DNA of 64,000 nt from the NCBI RefSeq assembly GCF_006345805.1, contig NC_043008.1, positions 13,454,001 through 13,518,000 on the forward strand, given 5' to 3'. Made by a program: the position numbers and the translations under genes. The stretch is from Octopus sinensis (Eukaryota). The first letter of the stretch is position 1. Every line of letters begins with the position of its first letter. The notes beneath the pieces are model-generated. The model was not told where the DNA came from and did not search any database. It saw nothing but the letters and a program-made list of their open reading frames with translations. Below are positions 50,617 to 64,000 of this stretch, one piece after another.

Positions 50617-51488
50617 ATAAATATTTTGAATGTTTATAAATATTTATGTTTAGTTTTAGATATTTATCTATATTGTGGAGCGTTTGCCTTTTGTGTATAT
50701 ATGTGTGTGTGTGAGAGAGCGTACGACAGAAAATTTGCATAATATATTTTTGCGTACAATACACACAGTCTTCGAGGGTTGTGTTTTGTTCTATGTTACT
50801 ACGCTAATACAAACAAGTTAACCATTCTCTCTGAAGTGGCGTCGACTTTTTGATCGCATAGATGTTCAAATCAACTTGTAATGTAATCGTGTTAAGCGTT
50901 GGATAAATTATTAAAGTAATGTTTCTTTGATAAAAATTCGACTGTTAAATAGATTCATCCGGTAACTGGTACAATCGAGTTAAGCTCGCCTCCGACAAAT
51001 CTTAAATCACTAATTTTACTCCCGTTATTAATGAAGTAAATATATTGGATATAATTTAAACTATTCTCTAAACTTTTCGAGAAGCCCGTATATCTTATTT
51101 TTCTAAAATTAATCTTGATTTTAATATACATTACTCTGTACACATATTTTCATTCATAATCTGATTTAATCTTGCTGATAAAAAAGATCTAGTGATGTAA
51201 CTCATTATTTTACTATCATAACTTTTCTTTAATCCAGTAGTGAATAAGTCAAGATTACAGATGGATGTAAACAGTGTAGGTATTAAATCATATAATGATT
51301 ACATGGTTTCCGCATGAAACTATCGAGGATAAACCTGCGCAAGTTGAGGAATTGGCTCATGGAGCTCAATTTAAGTCATTTTTAATACAATGGGAGATGT
51401 ATCAGCAATATATGCTCATAAGCGTCTGTGTGTATACGCAAGCACATTAATACACATACACAGACACATATTATTTATATACATATAT

Positions 51489-51652
51489 AGGCACAGGAGT
51501 AGCTGTGTGGTAAGTAGCTTGTTTACCAGCCACATGGTTCCGGGTTCAGTCCCACTGCGTGGCACCTTGGGCAACTGTCTTCTAATATAGCCTCGGGCCG
51601 ACCAAAGCCTTGTGAGTGGATTTGGTAGACGGAAACTGAAAGAAGCCCGTCG

Positions 51653-51710
<58 letters not shown>

Positions 51711-51922
51711 TGTTTGTGTGTCTGTGTTTGTCCCCCTAGCATCGCTTGACAAGCGATGCTGGCGTGTTTATGTCCCCGTTACTGAGCGTTTCGGCAAAAT
51801 AGACCGATAGAATAAGTACTGGGCTTACAAAAGAATAAGTCCCGCGGTGGAGTTTCTCGATTAAAGGCGGTGCTCCAGCATGGCCGCAGTCAAATGACTG
51901 AAACAAGTAAAAGAGTAAAGAG
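51489..51922 (+). mobile_element. Full-length SINE family A
   Basis: Head, central microsatellite and tail. Confidence 0.92.
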
Positions 51923-53555
51923 TATATGAATATATATGTAAATGTATGTATATTCATATATGTGTTTATATCTTTAAATATTTTGTTTATGCGTGTGTGA
52001 GAGTGTGTGTGTGTCTGACTGTGTGGGTACGTCATATTTTATTTTGTAAATCGGTGTTTCTACAGAAGTTTTGTAATTATCTTATCTTGAAATGTCAAGC
52101 AATCAAGATAAACAGTTGATGGCAACTAAACGAATAATGATGATGATAAACAAAACAGATACGCTGTGGGAAACATTCATCTTAAAATGCCAAAACAACT
52201 TCAATGTAGTACAAAAACAACAAACACAAGGAAAAATGTGCCAACAGGGAAATAATCCAACAAAAACATTCGTATAAAAAAACAACCACCACGCTAACAA
52301 TTCTGCTGCTGATATCTTTAACATTGCACATCCATCGCGCTGTGTGGCCGTAATTATTTTACATGGCTTTTATATATCGTAAATATGAAAGCGAGTGAAC
52401 CGTAGAATGATGTCTTAAAAACAGGTGGGTTGAGATTGATAGCTTAGGAATAGAAGGTTGGATTGTGCGTTGAAATTATATTCCGTGTGTGGTAAGTGTG
52501 TATGTAGTGTGTGAAGTAAAAGTGTAAGTGGTTTTGAGAAATCAAAATATAAAGTATAAAGCAGTAATTAGATATAGAGTGTGAAAAGAAACAAAAGTTA
52601 AAGCGGGAAGTAAGCCTGACCGGGTAAGAAGATATCAAAAGATGTAGAAATAGATATGAAATTCCATAGATTCCTGAGAAATATATTCGGCAGTTTTAAC
52701 GGTGAATGAATGATAGACAGACAGGCTGCATAACCGAAAGTGGATCAAAGAAGTGTAAAATAGGACAAAAGAATGAGAGGCGAAAAACGTAACAATAAAG
52801 TGTGGAAAGGAATAATTCAATGATTTATTTAATGATGTGCGCCTGTATGTCCATGCACACAGGTGCGTGTATATGTGAGAGAGCAAAAGAACAAAGGACT
52901 TAAAACGCATTATTGGGATCTTTTCTATTCTGAAGCCAGTTTTTTCAAATTTTTCCTACTGAACCAAACAATTTGAAACTTCGTATACTGGTAGAATGTG
53001 TCAAAAGTAAACTTAATTGTAAACCAGAATGAAAACGGAATTGTAACTTCTAAGTTTAACGTTGTTTAATAATTAGAATTTTAACCAATGATATTCCGTC
53101 ATTCGGCTTTATTTTATTTACTCCGTCTCGACCACCAATTTCGTGACGTATTAAACAATGTAAACAAGCTATAGTCAGCCACCTTCTAATAACAAAAGTT
53201 TGTCTTTGAAGTTACCGTCTAGGGGAAGCATTGATGTACATGTGTGTGTGTGTGTGTTTGATGGGGTGTGGGAGACAGTATGTTGTGTAAGTGAAGTGCT
53301 TCTGTTAGTGTGTGTGAAGAGACAGAGAGAGTAATGTGTGAAAGAGAGAGATAACTGAAATTTTTTACTCGGTGTATGTGTATATGCCTGAATGCATGTG
53401 TGTATGTATCTGTGTATGTGTATGTATGTATGTATGTGTATGTATGTATGTATGTATGGCCGATTCAATTCAACGTAATTTTTTACACATACTTACACAC
53501 ACACACATACATACACACACACATGCAGACATACATATACACATACACCGAGTAA

Positions 53556-53598
<43 letters not shown>

Positions 53599-54067
53599 TT
53601 TATAAAAATATGGTAAAGTAAAAAAATTACTTTACCACACACAAAGCTTTTTAGAAATAGCAGACGTCACAAAACTGCTTTCAACGTCACACTAACAGAT
53701 CGCAGTAACGTTTTAGATATGAAAACAAGCAATCTCATTGGTTAAAATTCGCAGTTTTAATCTACGATTAAAGTCATAAAATAGATTTTTCTCAAATAAA
53801 CTAGTTCTAACTGGCGAATAAACTAGTTCCACTCTATGAGTACACAAAGTTTCAAATTATTTAGTTAACTAGAAAGATCTGGGGTCCTGGCCACAAATTT
53901 GAAAAGATCCCATTATTGAAATGCTGTGAAAATTCTGCTGTGTTTGTAAAACGAGTGTTTTGTAAACAGCTGTGTTTGTAAAACGAGTGAGAGTTTAAGG
54001 ATAACAATATGCGACAACATAACTTCAGATTTTCTCTAATCAGTGGTGATCTTATGTTTTAACATAT

Positions 54068-54288
54068 ATTTCGTTATGCCCACAAGGAGCTAAACACAGA
54101 GAGGACAAACAAGGACAGACAAAGGGATTAAGTCGATTACATCGACCCCAGTGCGAAACTGGTACTTTATTTATCGACCCCGAATGGATGAAAGGCAAAG
54201 TCGACCTCGGCGGAATTGGAACTCAGAACGTAACGACAGGCGAAATACCACTAAGCGTTTCGCCCGGCGCGGTAACGTATCTCGCCAC
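54068..54288 (-). mobile_element. SINE family B
   Basis: Complete reverse-complement copy. Confidence 0.9.
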
Positions 54289-54775
54289 CTGTTATGTTTT
54301 AATATAACTTACGGATCCAAACATTGTAAATAGTGCACGGTTTCTCGCACCAGTGTAGCAAAACTTCACCAAGGCAGTTCTTTCTAAGGCTACCGTACAT
54401 GCTATTTTTTATTTTGTATTTATTGCAATATCTGCTTATGGGTTGGCTCCGATCAAGATCTATGGAAAAAAAAGCAGGCCTTGTGTGAAGATATCAGTTT
54501 TGTCGATATAGAGGGATATTTTACCAAATGTATCATTTATTTTAAGTCAGTGAAGAACGGTCTTAAAAGATCTTCGGTTGCCACTTCCAAAACCTGGAGC
54601 GCCTTTGTATTGCTTTCCTCTTTGGATACTATTATTTAATATTTCAATTCAGTAAAATAGGAAATTTTACTATATATATATATATATATATATTTAAATA
54701 TTTAAAAATTGAGGGAGATAAATTAATATTAATTTTAATATAAATTTAAAACCAGTAGTCCAGCATTCAAAAAAT

Positions 54776-54813
<38 letters not shown>

Positions 54814-55229
54814 GATTGGAATTTATTTACGTAATATTGAAAAGAAAACAATTCTGTATTCTGATTATAGAAAAGGCTCGATTTGATGCCATTGTCTTAA
54901 AGTATTCACACTTGTGATTGGATTTTTATTTATGTGGGTCTTCTATTATAATGAAAATAAAACACGTCCGATGAACAGAAAAACATACAACATTCTTTTC
55001 AGTTACGCACACGTAAATAAAATTGAACACATATAGATTGATGCAGTCCACTAAAAAACTTACGTAACGCAAGGGCCGACAGTATCGTACTGTTCCCTAT
55101 GCTCTTTGGTCTTGTGTTACATATATTACGTTAGAACTGATTTGAAGAAATTTATATTCTGAGGTATCGATTACCCTTTCTCCATTGTTTTAGATTAAAA
55201 CTATATGCATTGAGCCTAAACACACACAC

Positions 55230-55251
55230 ACAAATATATATACACACAAGC

Positions 55252-55284
<33 letters not shown>

Positions 55285-55349
55285 TGTCTATATATATGCA
55301 TATATATATATATGCATATATATATATGTACATATATATATGTACATAT

Positions 55350-55384
<35 letters not shown>

Positions 55385-55397
55385 GCATATATATATA

Positions 55398-55428
<31 letters not shown>

Positions 55429-55467
55429 GCATATATATATGCATATATATATATGTACATATATATA

Positions 55468-55498
<31 letters not shown>

Positions 55499-55649
55499 GC
55501 ATATATATATATGTATATATATATATGTACATATATATATATGTACATATATATATATATGCATATATATATGCATATATATATATGTACATATATATAT
55601 ATTATATATATATGTATATTATATATATAATATATGTATATATATATAT

Positions 55650-55702
<53 letters not shown>

Positions 55703-55752
55703 GTATATATATATATATATGTATATAATATATATATGTATATAGTATATAT

Positions 55753-55787
<35 letters not shown>

Positions 55788-55800
55788 GCATTCATGCATA
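55230..55800. repeat. Long (TA)n compound microsatellite with ATGC/GTAC interruptions
   Basis: Directly visible; source of many YI ORFs. Confidence 0.97.
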
Positions 55801-56398
55801 CATATATACAGATACACTCACACACATACATACACACAGACACACACATATGTAAGTGTGTGTATCGTGCGACCGCGGTTTCTTGTATGTTTGTCTATGC
55901 TCAAAGCAACACAGATTGATAAATCCTATCAGGTTGCGCATGCTCACATACACAACCACTACACACACGCCAGATAACTCCGACCGACTGAAGTCACTGT
56001 TTAATGCTCCTTACTTTTAGTTATGAGCCAACACAGATTACATCATAGATTAGCGATGCTTAAGCTCAGAATTTGTTAAAAAGGATAGCGTTGATGCGGA
56101 AAAGATTATTTAAAATACTTTCAGAAGTGCATAATTCATTGGATTCTTGTCAAATTTCACTTCATTATACAGTATTTCAGATTAAAATGTCTGGAGCAGT
56201 CGAAGCCGATTATTGATCTAGGTTAGACCTCATTGTATCAGAGCACAAAATGGGATATTGCAATAAAAACAGTATATTATGTAACGTAAGCAGAATAGAG
56301 TCTAAAGCTAGCAGAAACGAAAGAGCTATGTGCATATACAACTGATATATCTTCAACGGTTTCTAGTCTACATTATGTATAAGCACCATTGTATATAA

Positions 56399-57000
56399 GG
56401 CGGCCAGCTGGCAAAATCGTTAGCACGCCGGGCGAAATGCGTAGCCGTATTTCGTCTGCCGTTACGTTCTGAGTTCAAATTCCGCCGAGGTCGACTTTGC
56501 CTTTCATCCTTTCGGGGTCGATAAATTAAATGCCAGTTACGCACTGGGGTCGTTGTAATTGACTTAATCCTTTTGCCTGTCCTTGTTTGTCCCCTCTGTG
56601 TTTAGCCCTTTGTTGGTAGTAAAGAAATAGGTATTTCGTATGTCGTTACGTTCTGAGTTCAAACTCCGCCGAGGTCGACTTTGTCTTTCATTCTTTCGGA
56701 GTCGATAAATTAAGTACCAGTTACGCACTGGGGTCGATGTAATCGACTAAATCCTTCTGCCTGTCCTTGTTTGTCCCCTCTGTGTTTATCCCCTTGTTGG
56801 TAGTAAAGAAATAGGTATTTCGTCTGTCGTTACGTTCTGAGTTCAAACTCCGCCGAGGTCGACTTTGTCTTTCATTCTTTCGGAGTCGATAAATTAAGTA
56901 CCAGTTACGCACTGGGGTCGATGTAATCGACTTAATCCATTTGTCTGTCCTTGTTTCTCCTGTCTGTGTTTAGCCTCTTGTGGGTAGTAAAAGAAATATA
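56399..57000 (+). mobile_element. SINE family B: one head and three tandem 184-bp bodies
   Basis: GTATTTCGT at 56447, 56631 and 56815; TATAAGCACC on both flanks. Confidence 0.93.
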
Positions 57001-57337
57001 AGCACCGGCATTACAATACACTTTAATTTGTAGTCTGATTGCTAAAGGTATTACTTATGCATTCTACATATATGGAAAATTCCACTTCCTTCGATGATCT
57101 CATGTACTTTAAAGTTTATCGTATTTCAATATTTAACTAAAACTTCTTTTCAAGTGTCTCTTTTGCCTGTTATTATGCCATTATCCCGCCTTTCTAAATA
57201 GTTTCACCTGATTTTATTAAAACTACCACACTACCCCGCTAGATATACCAAGGGATTCAGTTGTTTTAATCGACAAAAACTGTTACCAATACCGGAAACC
57301 AGTGTCGTCACTTGCGTAAAGTCACTAAATTAGAACG

Positions 57338-57654
57338 TAAGAGCACTTCGTCGGTTACGAGGACGAGGGTCCCAGCTGATACTATCAATGGAACAGCTTG
57401 CTCGTGAAATTAACGCGCAAGTGACTGAGCAATCCACAGACACGCGTACTCCTAGCGTAGTTCTCGGGGAGATTCAGCATGACACAAAGTGTGATAAAGC
57501 CGGCCCTTTGAAATACAGGTACAACTCATTTTTGCCAATTGAGCAGACTGGAGCAACGTGAAATAAAGTTTCTTGCTCAAGGACAAAACGCGTCGCCGGG
57601 AATTGGACTCACCACCTCACAATCGTGAACTGAGTGCCCTAACTACGCACCTTC
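57338..57654 (-). mobile_element. tRNA-derived SINE with a V-domain-like centre
   Basis: Contains TTTCTTGCTCAAGGACA (reverse complement TGTCCTTGAGCAAGA, V-SINE-like); 3' tail shared with 61023-61210. Confidence 0.7.
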
Positions 57655-59847
57655 AGAAATGGGAACTAGTATAAAGAATATCAGAATAATAGAACTATTA
57701 ACGATATTTCTTTTATATATCTATTTCTACAGGTAAGGCACCGTTATAGTCTATTTTCATGAACCGCAATAAATATATCTTTGCTATGTAGCTTTTGGTT
57801 ATATAATTATTTCATTTTATTGATCCAGCATTTGGAAACTGCGTTTTCACCATATTCTCCTTTACAACCACAGTTTGATTTGCATTAAGAATAAAATAAT
57901 TCCTCAGATTGCTAAAATCCAAGAAATATTTGCATTATATGTTATTTGTGAAATTAGCAGTATGATACTTCACTCAATCTTGAACCGGATCTTCAATTTT
58001 GAATATTAGTTCTTATTTCTTTCTCTTTGCTTGTTTCCATGGGGTTAGTCGTGGCCATTCATAGTGTCCATTTCATTCACATTTCCTCTATATTTCTAAT
58101 ATTTCATTTATTCAAAGATCAAAATATAGGCCTGAATATCTAGACATTTTTTAATGTGTCAGCAAAATATTAACAATTTTGGAATTTGTTTAAATTATAA
58201 CTTTCGGAATAAGATTTCTTTTTCACTTTTCTGAATAAGATTGCAAAAGGCCATTAGCTGATTACATCATATTTCCAATCGATGTTTATTTCCATTAAAC
58301 AGAATTGTTAGTAAAATATAAAATTTCAAAGATACAAAGGCCATTGTATTCTAACCTACTAAATTGCTGCAGGCAATGTAATATTTGTTTATTTTAATTT
58401 AGTTACTTTCTAAAATACCATTCACTAATAATGAACAGTAACGATTTATTGTCGGCTGAAGATTTCATATGTCAAATAAATGTCTATACATCTTAATATC
58501 TATTAATGTCTAATCCTGAAACACATTTCTAGGATATTATATATAATTTTATATTCAGTTCGAAAAGCGTTTAATTTTAAAATTTCATTTTCATTACTCA
58601 ATTGTGAATGAAATGTCAATTGTTGTAATTTTCCAACTAACTGATCTCATTTTAAAGGTTGCTACATCGACCGCTTAATGGGGAGCAAAAAACCTATTCT
58701 TAACACAATATGAACTTGATCAATTTCTGGTTTATCATATATCTATGAGCAACAGTATGATTGAGAAAAAAAAATAGTATAAACTCATATTCTGAATTAG
58801 CATCTCTCATCCTGACAAAAATATTTTATGGAAATTTCCATCTTGGCTTGTACTATGTCTAGAAATTTTATTCGAAATTCCTGGCTTTCTGACAACAGTA
58901 TAATTGAGCTTCAGCCTAAGAAGATAAGAAATGAAAGATGCATTTGTTAATTGTATTTAGTTAAGGTAATTTTATTAAATTCTACAAATTAATTAAATTC
59001 TACACCCGAAACTCCGATTCAGTATGGCTGACCATAGAACGAAATTTAATTGAATACCCACCCTAACACACACATATAGATATATAAAATATATATGGTC
59101 TTGTGTGGATAACGTGTGTTTTTTTTGTGAGTGTGACTATGTTACGTGGGGTGAGATATTAGTAGATATAACTTTACAAAGCAAAGCAAATGATATTGAG
59201 ACAGTACTTCTTAAAAAGAAACCCATCGATTAGTTATATGTATATTGTAACTGTAATTTGAAATGTAGAAAATATATCAAGATTTTGTACAACAGAGTAT
59301 TGAAAATACATGGATACTAGAAATAACAACCGGCTAAGTTTTTTGCTTATGTCTGCGTAAATCTAAGAAGAGTAAACAACTGAGATAATTCCAATAAATG
59401 CAAACTATGTAAATGACTTCCAGGACATAGACAATGTACTTTCCTAACTCTCTATTGAACTCCAGGTCAGACATTTTCAGTGGTTGCGTACATATGTAAA
59501 AATATATTTTGAAGAATTGGAAAACTCTGCCTATTCCTGACTGACTTGATATCTTTCCAACCTCATCATTTAAGGTCTAATAAAGATAGCTCTTTTACCT
59601 TTTCACATTTTATTTTTTACATTTCAGTTTCCATTATTTTGTTTGCGTTCTCTATAGGGCTGCCTTCTCAGTTCTTTCGCGTTTCTTTTATTATTCGATT
59701 CCTTTAGTTCGTTATAACATGAGGTTGCCCTGAAGAATATGTCTGAGTTTTCTCAACATATAAAACTATATTAGCGCTTTAATACATGTATTGTGACCTT
59801 TAAATAAATAATAATACATATATTTTTCATCCACTTTCACCGCCATA

Positions 59848-59894
<47 letters not shown>

Positions 59895-59897
<3 letters not shown>

Positions 59898-60024
59898 TAA
59901 GCAATAAGGGTTTAGCAACGAGTTGCCTTACCACATACCGAATTTAGAAATAGCAGTCAAAGGGTTATAGCTCTAAATTCGGTATGTGGTAAGGCAACTC
60001 GTTGCTAACCCTTATTGCTTAGTA
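59895..60024. repeat. Near-perfect 53/54-bp inverted repeat with 23-nt spacer
   Basis: 59895-59948 vs 59972-60024, differing by one T indel. Confidence 0.95.
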
Positions 60025-60121
60025 TTACTTAAATTTTCCTCGAATGAGGCTTTTACATGCCGAAGACTACTTGGTGTAATTGATAATTTTTCCAAATTAA
60101 TTAATTTCACCCTTCATTATT

Positions 60122-60168
<47 letters not shown>

Positions 60169-60221
60169 GTTTAAATATTTGTTGTGCAAGATTTTTTATG
60201 TGAAGTCGTGTGTTGAAACAG

Positions 60222-60383
60222 ATATTGTTATATTTCGGAATGGTCATTTTGCCAGTTTAGCCGAAACAAGATTAAGATTAATGCAAAAAATAAATAACAA
60301 TGAAGCAAAATAACACCAAATATATAGTGCGTGTGTTTTTATTGGCTAAACTAGCAAAATGACATTCCGAAATATAACAATAT
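60222..60383. repeat. ~40-bp inverted repeat with ~80-nt spacer
   Basis: ATATTGTTATATTTCGGAATGGTCATTTTGCCAGTTTAGCC vs GGCTAAACTAGCAAAATGACATTCCGAAATATAACAATAT. Confidence 0.9.
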
Positions 60384-60391
60384 ATATAATA

Positions 60392-60423
<32 letters not shown>

Positions 60424-60569
60424 GATTATGTGTGTGTGTATGTGTGTATGTGTTAGTGAGTGTGTTTGTGACTGCGTGTGCATTTACATATGCCTGCATA
60501 TACCTATCTATTAGTTTATCTAAAGTACATATATCAAATATATATAAACATGTGTGTGTGTGTGTGTTT

Positions 60570-61010
60570 ATTTGCTCTTAGATGTTCTAGCGTTGTCAGC
60601 GCAATCGTTAACGAGCTTTGTCCAAACGTCTCGATCGTTCACCTTCCTTCTGGCTCCATTGAAACTAACTCCCATCGCCGTCAAGTTCTTCTGGAAATTA
60701 GTGAAGCGCGTCGCCATGGATTTCTATTTCCTTATTTTCCTCATTCCGGTGTTCTCTCCATTACAAGCAGAGCATGTCTCTCCTCTGTTGTTAAACGATG
60801 CAAATGGCCAGTAAGCCATATCTGCAGCTTATTAAATTTGTTCTATATATTTTCTATGCCAACTCTCCTTCTGGCCTATTCGTTTCTCACGTAGAGATAT
60901 CGAAGATGGCATGTAGGCAGCGTTGATGGAGCACATACAACATTTGAGATAAGTTCGCTGTATTCTTCCAGATTCCTCCAGCGTAGGTTCTGTTGTTTTA
61001 ACGAAAAATG
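60570..61010 (-). mobile_element. 3' end of an RTE-like LINE, decayed
   Basis: Minus-strand translation WLTGHLHRL...RNPWRRA / NLTAMGVSFNGARRKVNDRDVWTKLV resembles the RTE C-terminal RWxGHxxR...RGRPxxxW...AxDRxxWRxxV signature. Confidence 0.65.
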
Positions 61011-61022
61011 AGTATCGCTACT

Positions 61023-61397
61023 TAGAAGCACTCCGTCGGTTACGACGACGAGGGTTCCGGTTGATCCGAATCAACGGAACAGCCTGCTCGTGAAATTAAC
61101 GTGTAAGTGGCTGAGCACACCACAGACACGTGTACCCTTAACGTAGTTCTCGGGGATATTCAGTGTGACACAGAGAGTGACAAGGCCGGCCCTTTGAAAT
61201 ACAGGTACAACAGAAACAGGAAGTAAGAGTGAGAGAAAGTTGTGGTGAAAGAGTACAGCAGGGATCACCACCATCCCCTCGTGGAGCTTTAGGCGTTTTC
61301 GCTCAATAAACACTCACAACGCCCGGTCTGGGAATCGAAACCGCGAACCTACGACCGCGACTCCGCTGCCCCAACCACTGGGCCATTACGCCTCCAC
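61023..61397 (-). mobile_element. SINE with a family C head and the 57338-type tail
   Basis: Head GTGGAGGCGTAATGGCCCAGTGGTTGG...GGTTTCGATTCCCAGACCGG; tail near-identical to 57341-57520. Confidence 0.85.
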
Positions 61398-62049
61398 AGT
61401 ATCGCTACTACGTATTTTCCCACTGTTGGTCTTCCGTTTCAATATTAGTCGAAGGCGTTCGAAATCTGACTTAGCTTTGCCTATTCATGTTTTGATTTCA
61501 ACTTCTGCTTTCATGATGTATTTTGGCCATGGTGGCACGCAAATGCTAAGAGTATTGTTGGAAATTTTGGTACCAAATATATTTTGAAAAAAACAAACAA
61601 ATTCATGAATGCATCTTAAATATATCAAATTAAGAAAAGTGGAAGCAACCGATAAATGCAAGAACACTGTATAATAGAAATTATAGACTGAACCATTAAA
61701 AGGTTTACTGGACTTTCATTAAGATATTTCACTAAGAGACAGGAATGTTATCATTGAACTTAGCCAATGAATGGTGTGCGAAATGTTCCGTTGAGAAAAT
61801 TGGAGTTAAAATCACTATTTCATTGTAAGAGCTTATGTTGAAGAGCAACGAATAGTACAGTTAATGCAAGCAAAATGAGATTAAAGGAAACATTACAGAG
61901 AAAGTGATAATTGAAAGAATTTCTACCTTGAAACACTCTTATTAGATTCATTATCATGATTAGGGAAATCATGAAACAGGCCACAATGAATTACCATATA
62001 TGGAAGAGTACCACGGTGAGAGCAGTGTTGATGACATGATATTCTTTTC

Positions 62050-62385
62050 TACTCTAGACACAAGGCCCGAAATTTTGTGGGAGGAAGCCAGTCGATTAGA
62101 TCAACCCTAGTATGCAACTGTACTCAATTTTATCCACCCCGAAAAGATGAAAGGCAAAATCAACCTCGGCGGAATTTTAACTCAGAACGTAGCGGCAGAC
62201 GAAATACCTATTTCTTTACTACCCACAATGGGCTAAACACAGAGAGGACAAACAAGGACAGACAAACGGATTAAGTCGATTATATCGACCCCTGTGCGAA
62301 AGGATGAAAGGCACAGTCGACCTTGGCGTAATTTGAAATCAGCATCTCGCCCGGCGTGATAACGATTCTGCCAGCTCGCCTCCCT
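62050..62385 (-). mobile_element. SINE family B, tandem with an internally deleted second body
   Basis: Two CGAAAG.ATGAAAGGCA cores. Confidence 0.85.
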
Positions 62386-64000
62386 AACGACATGATATTC
62401 TGACAACGTAAAATACTTCATGATGGAAAGCGCACAAAGAATTTTCGAAAATCAATCAATTTGCTAGAAAAATTACAACTTGCATAGTAATTCCGGAGAA
62501 ATAATGTTTATCCGTTATATATTTATTCATTGAGATTTATACCTAAGCTTTGTAAATAGGATTCTGCACTTACAACTGTAATTTCTTTATTTATCCTGTC
62601 TTATAATTTCTAATATTAGTACTTAATCTATGAATCTTGTTATATGTTTTCTTCCTATTCTTAAGACAAACTGTATCGCCTTGCGGTGGTTATCAAAATA
62701 ATAGGTATTGAACCTGGGTCTTTCAGTCATTTGCCAATGGTTATCTCTTTCATTAGATTTCACTAAGATATTCCTATAACAGTTGTATTTGTTAAAATAC
62801 TATGCCTGAAAAACCTTATATTATGCAGTCATGCGTACAGCTGCATTATTACGAATATACCCTAATAACATAATTAGTACTGTATTGTAATTATAATGCA
62901 TGCACTACATTTACATGTAAGCTCTTATATAAATGCGTCTGCGTTCGTGGTAGTGTGCACATATCTGCGCACCTGTGTATGTATGAATGTGTATCCATAG
63001 ACAAAAGAACGATAAAAGATAGAGAAGAGAAATAAGTGGTACAGTTATAACTCTATGTATTTCTCTTCATTTAAGGATGGAAGATGCAAACACATAGTTA
63101 TTTCTGATAATAAAAATAGAATCGACTGCTCAGAGACCGCATGTTGCTTCCTTTAAATTTATATTATAATTTTTTTCTCTTCTCACGCGTATGTCATAAT
63201 GACATTTTAATTACGCGTTTTCACATATATTACAAGAACTGAAGAATGTTGTGCTGGAATTAATATAGCTTGGAAGAGACAACTGTGGCTGTATCATTGT
63301 ATTCGACGCTGTTTTTACTGGCTGCTATTATGGTATGATAGAGCAGTGCGATATATTTGTTTTATAACTCGTTTAGATTTCGAGATGATATAGATACAAA
63401 ATGCATAAGCTCCTAAACATTATATATTACTGATTCAGCGCTAAGAATAACGCGTTATTCTCATTTTTGTCACGCATTATCTGGAAATACTTGCCATTTT
63501 ATAGAGTAAAATGCTTATCCTCTAATTGAATTATTATGCAACAAAAGAATGGTTATATGAAATAACAATCAAAAAGTGAATATGTAACTTCACAAAACGA
63601 TAAGGATCTTGGTGTATGTTATATTCAGAAAATAATACGTGTTTTGGTTTCTCTATACACATTGAATTCCGGCAGTTATTTATGCTCCATAAAGAAATTA
63701 CTCCTATGGTTGATACATGGATTGTAGTGGGGGAAAAAACAACCTCCTCCGTCTATCATATGCACCTAATATGCACTACAAGAAATATATAGTTTTGAAT
63801 TGTGATCATATAAGCCTTACATGCTGCAGCAAATCGATCAAACTGTTTGACGATTCCTATGAAAATAACTGAAATATTGAAGCGAAATTTGTATGCTGTA
63901 AAATTTCGCCAAATTGCAGCTTGTTGAAACGATTATATTATATTCTTAGTAATCCTTCGAAAGTATATCCAACCAGAAGAGAACTCAGAATTTTTATGGG

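Noticed and set aside
52400-52920. Purine-biased block resembling a decayed Penelope/LINE ORF on the minus strand
   Set aside because: The composition is suggestive but no diagnostic motif is recoverable.

Overview
AT-rich eukaryotic non-coding DNA, dominated by (TA)n/(CA)n microsatellites, tRNA-derived SINEs and decayed transposons. The repeat families suggest an octopus genome (inference, not a database match). No intact protein-coding gene is supportable; almost all ORFs in the track are translated microsatellites or SINEs. Transposon relics include two mariner elements and fragments of Penelope-like, HERO-like, Tx1/L1-like and RTE-like retrotransposons. The main signal not explained by the ORF track is a cluster of minimal type-I hammerhead ribozyme (HHR) motifs from several repeat families: (i) a 540-bp tandem dimer at 32346-33409, each unit a 169-bp fold-back with an HHR on both strands; (ii) a 475-bp tandem HHR array at 8841-9938, with a diverged, covarying relative at 45178-45282; (iii) a tRNA-headed SINE carrying an HHR at 39841-40085; plus degenerate copies. 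Weaker host-gene hints on the + strand are a TATA/Inr-like promoter with a GC-rich hairpin (15418-15627) and a 6-nt microexon candidate (41048-41053). All RNA folds were derived by hand and none has been computed or tested.
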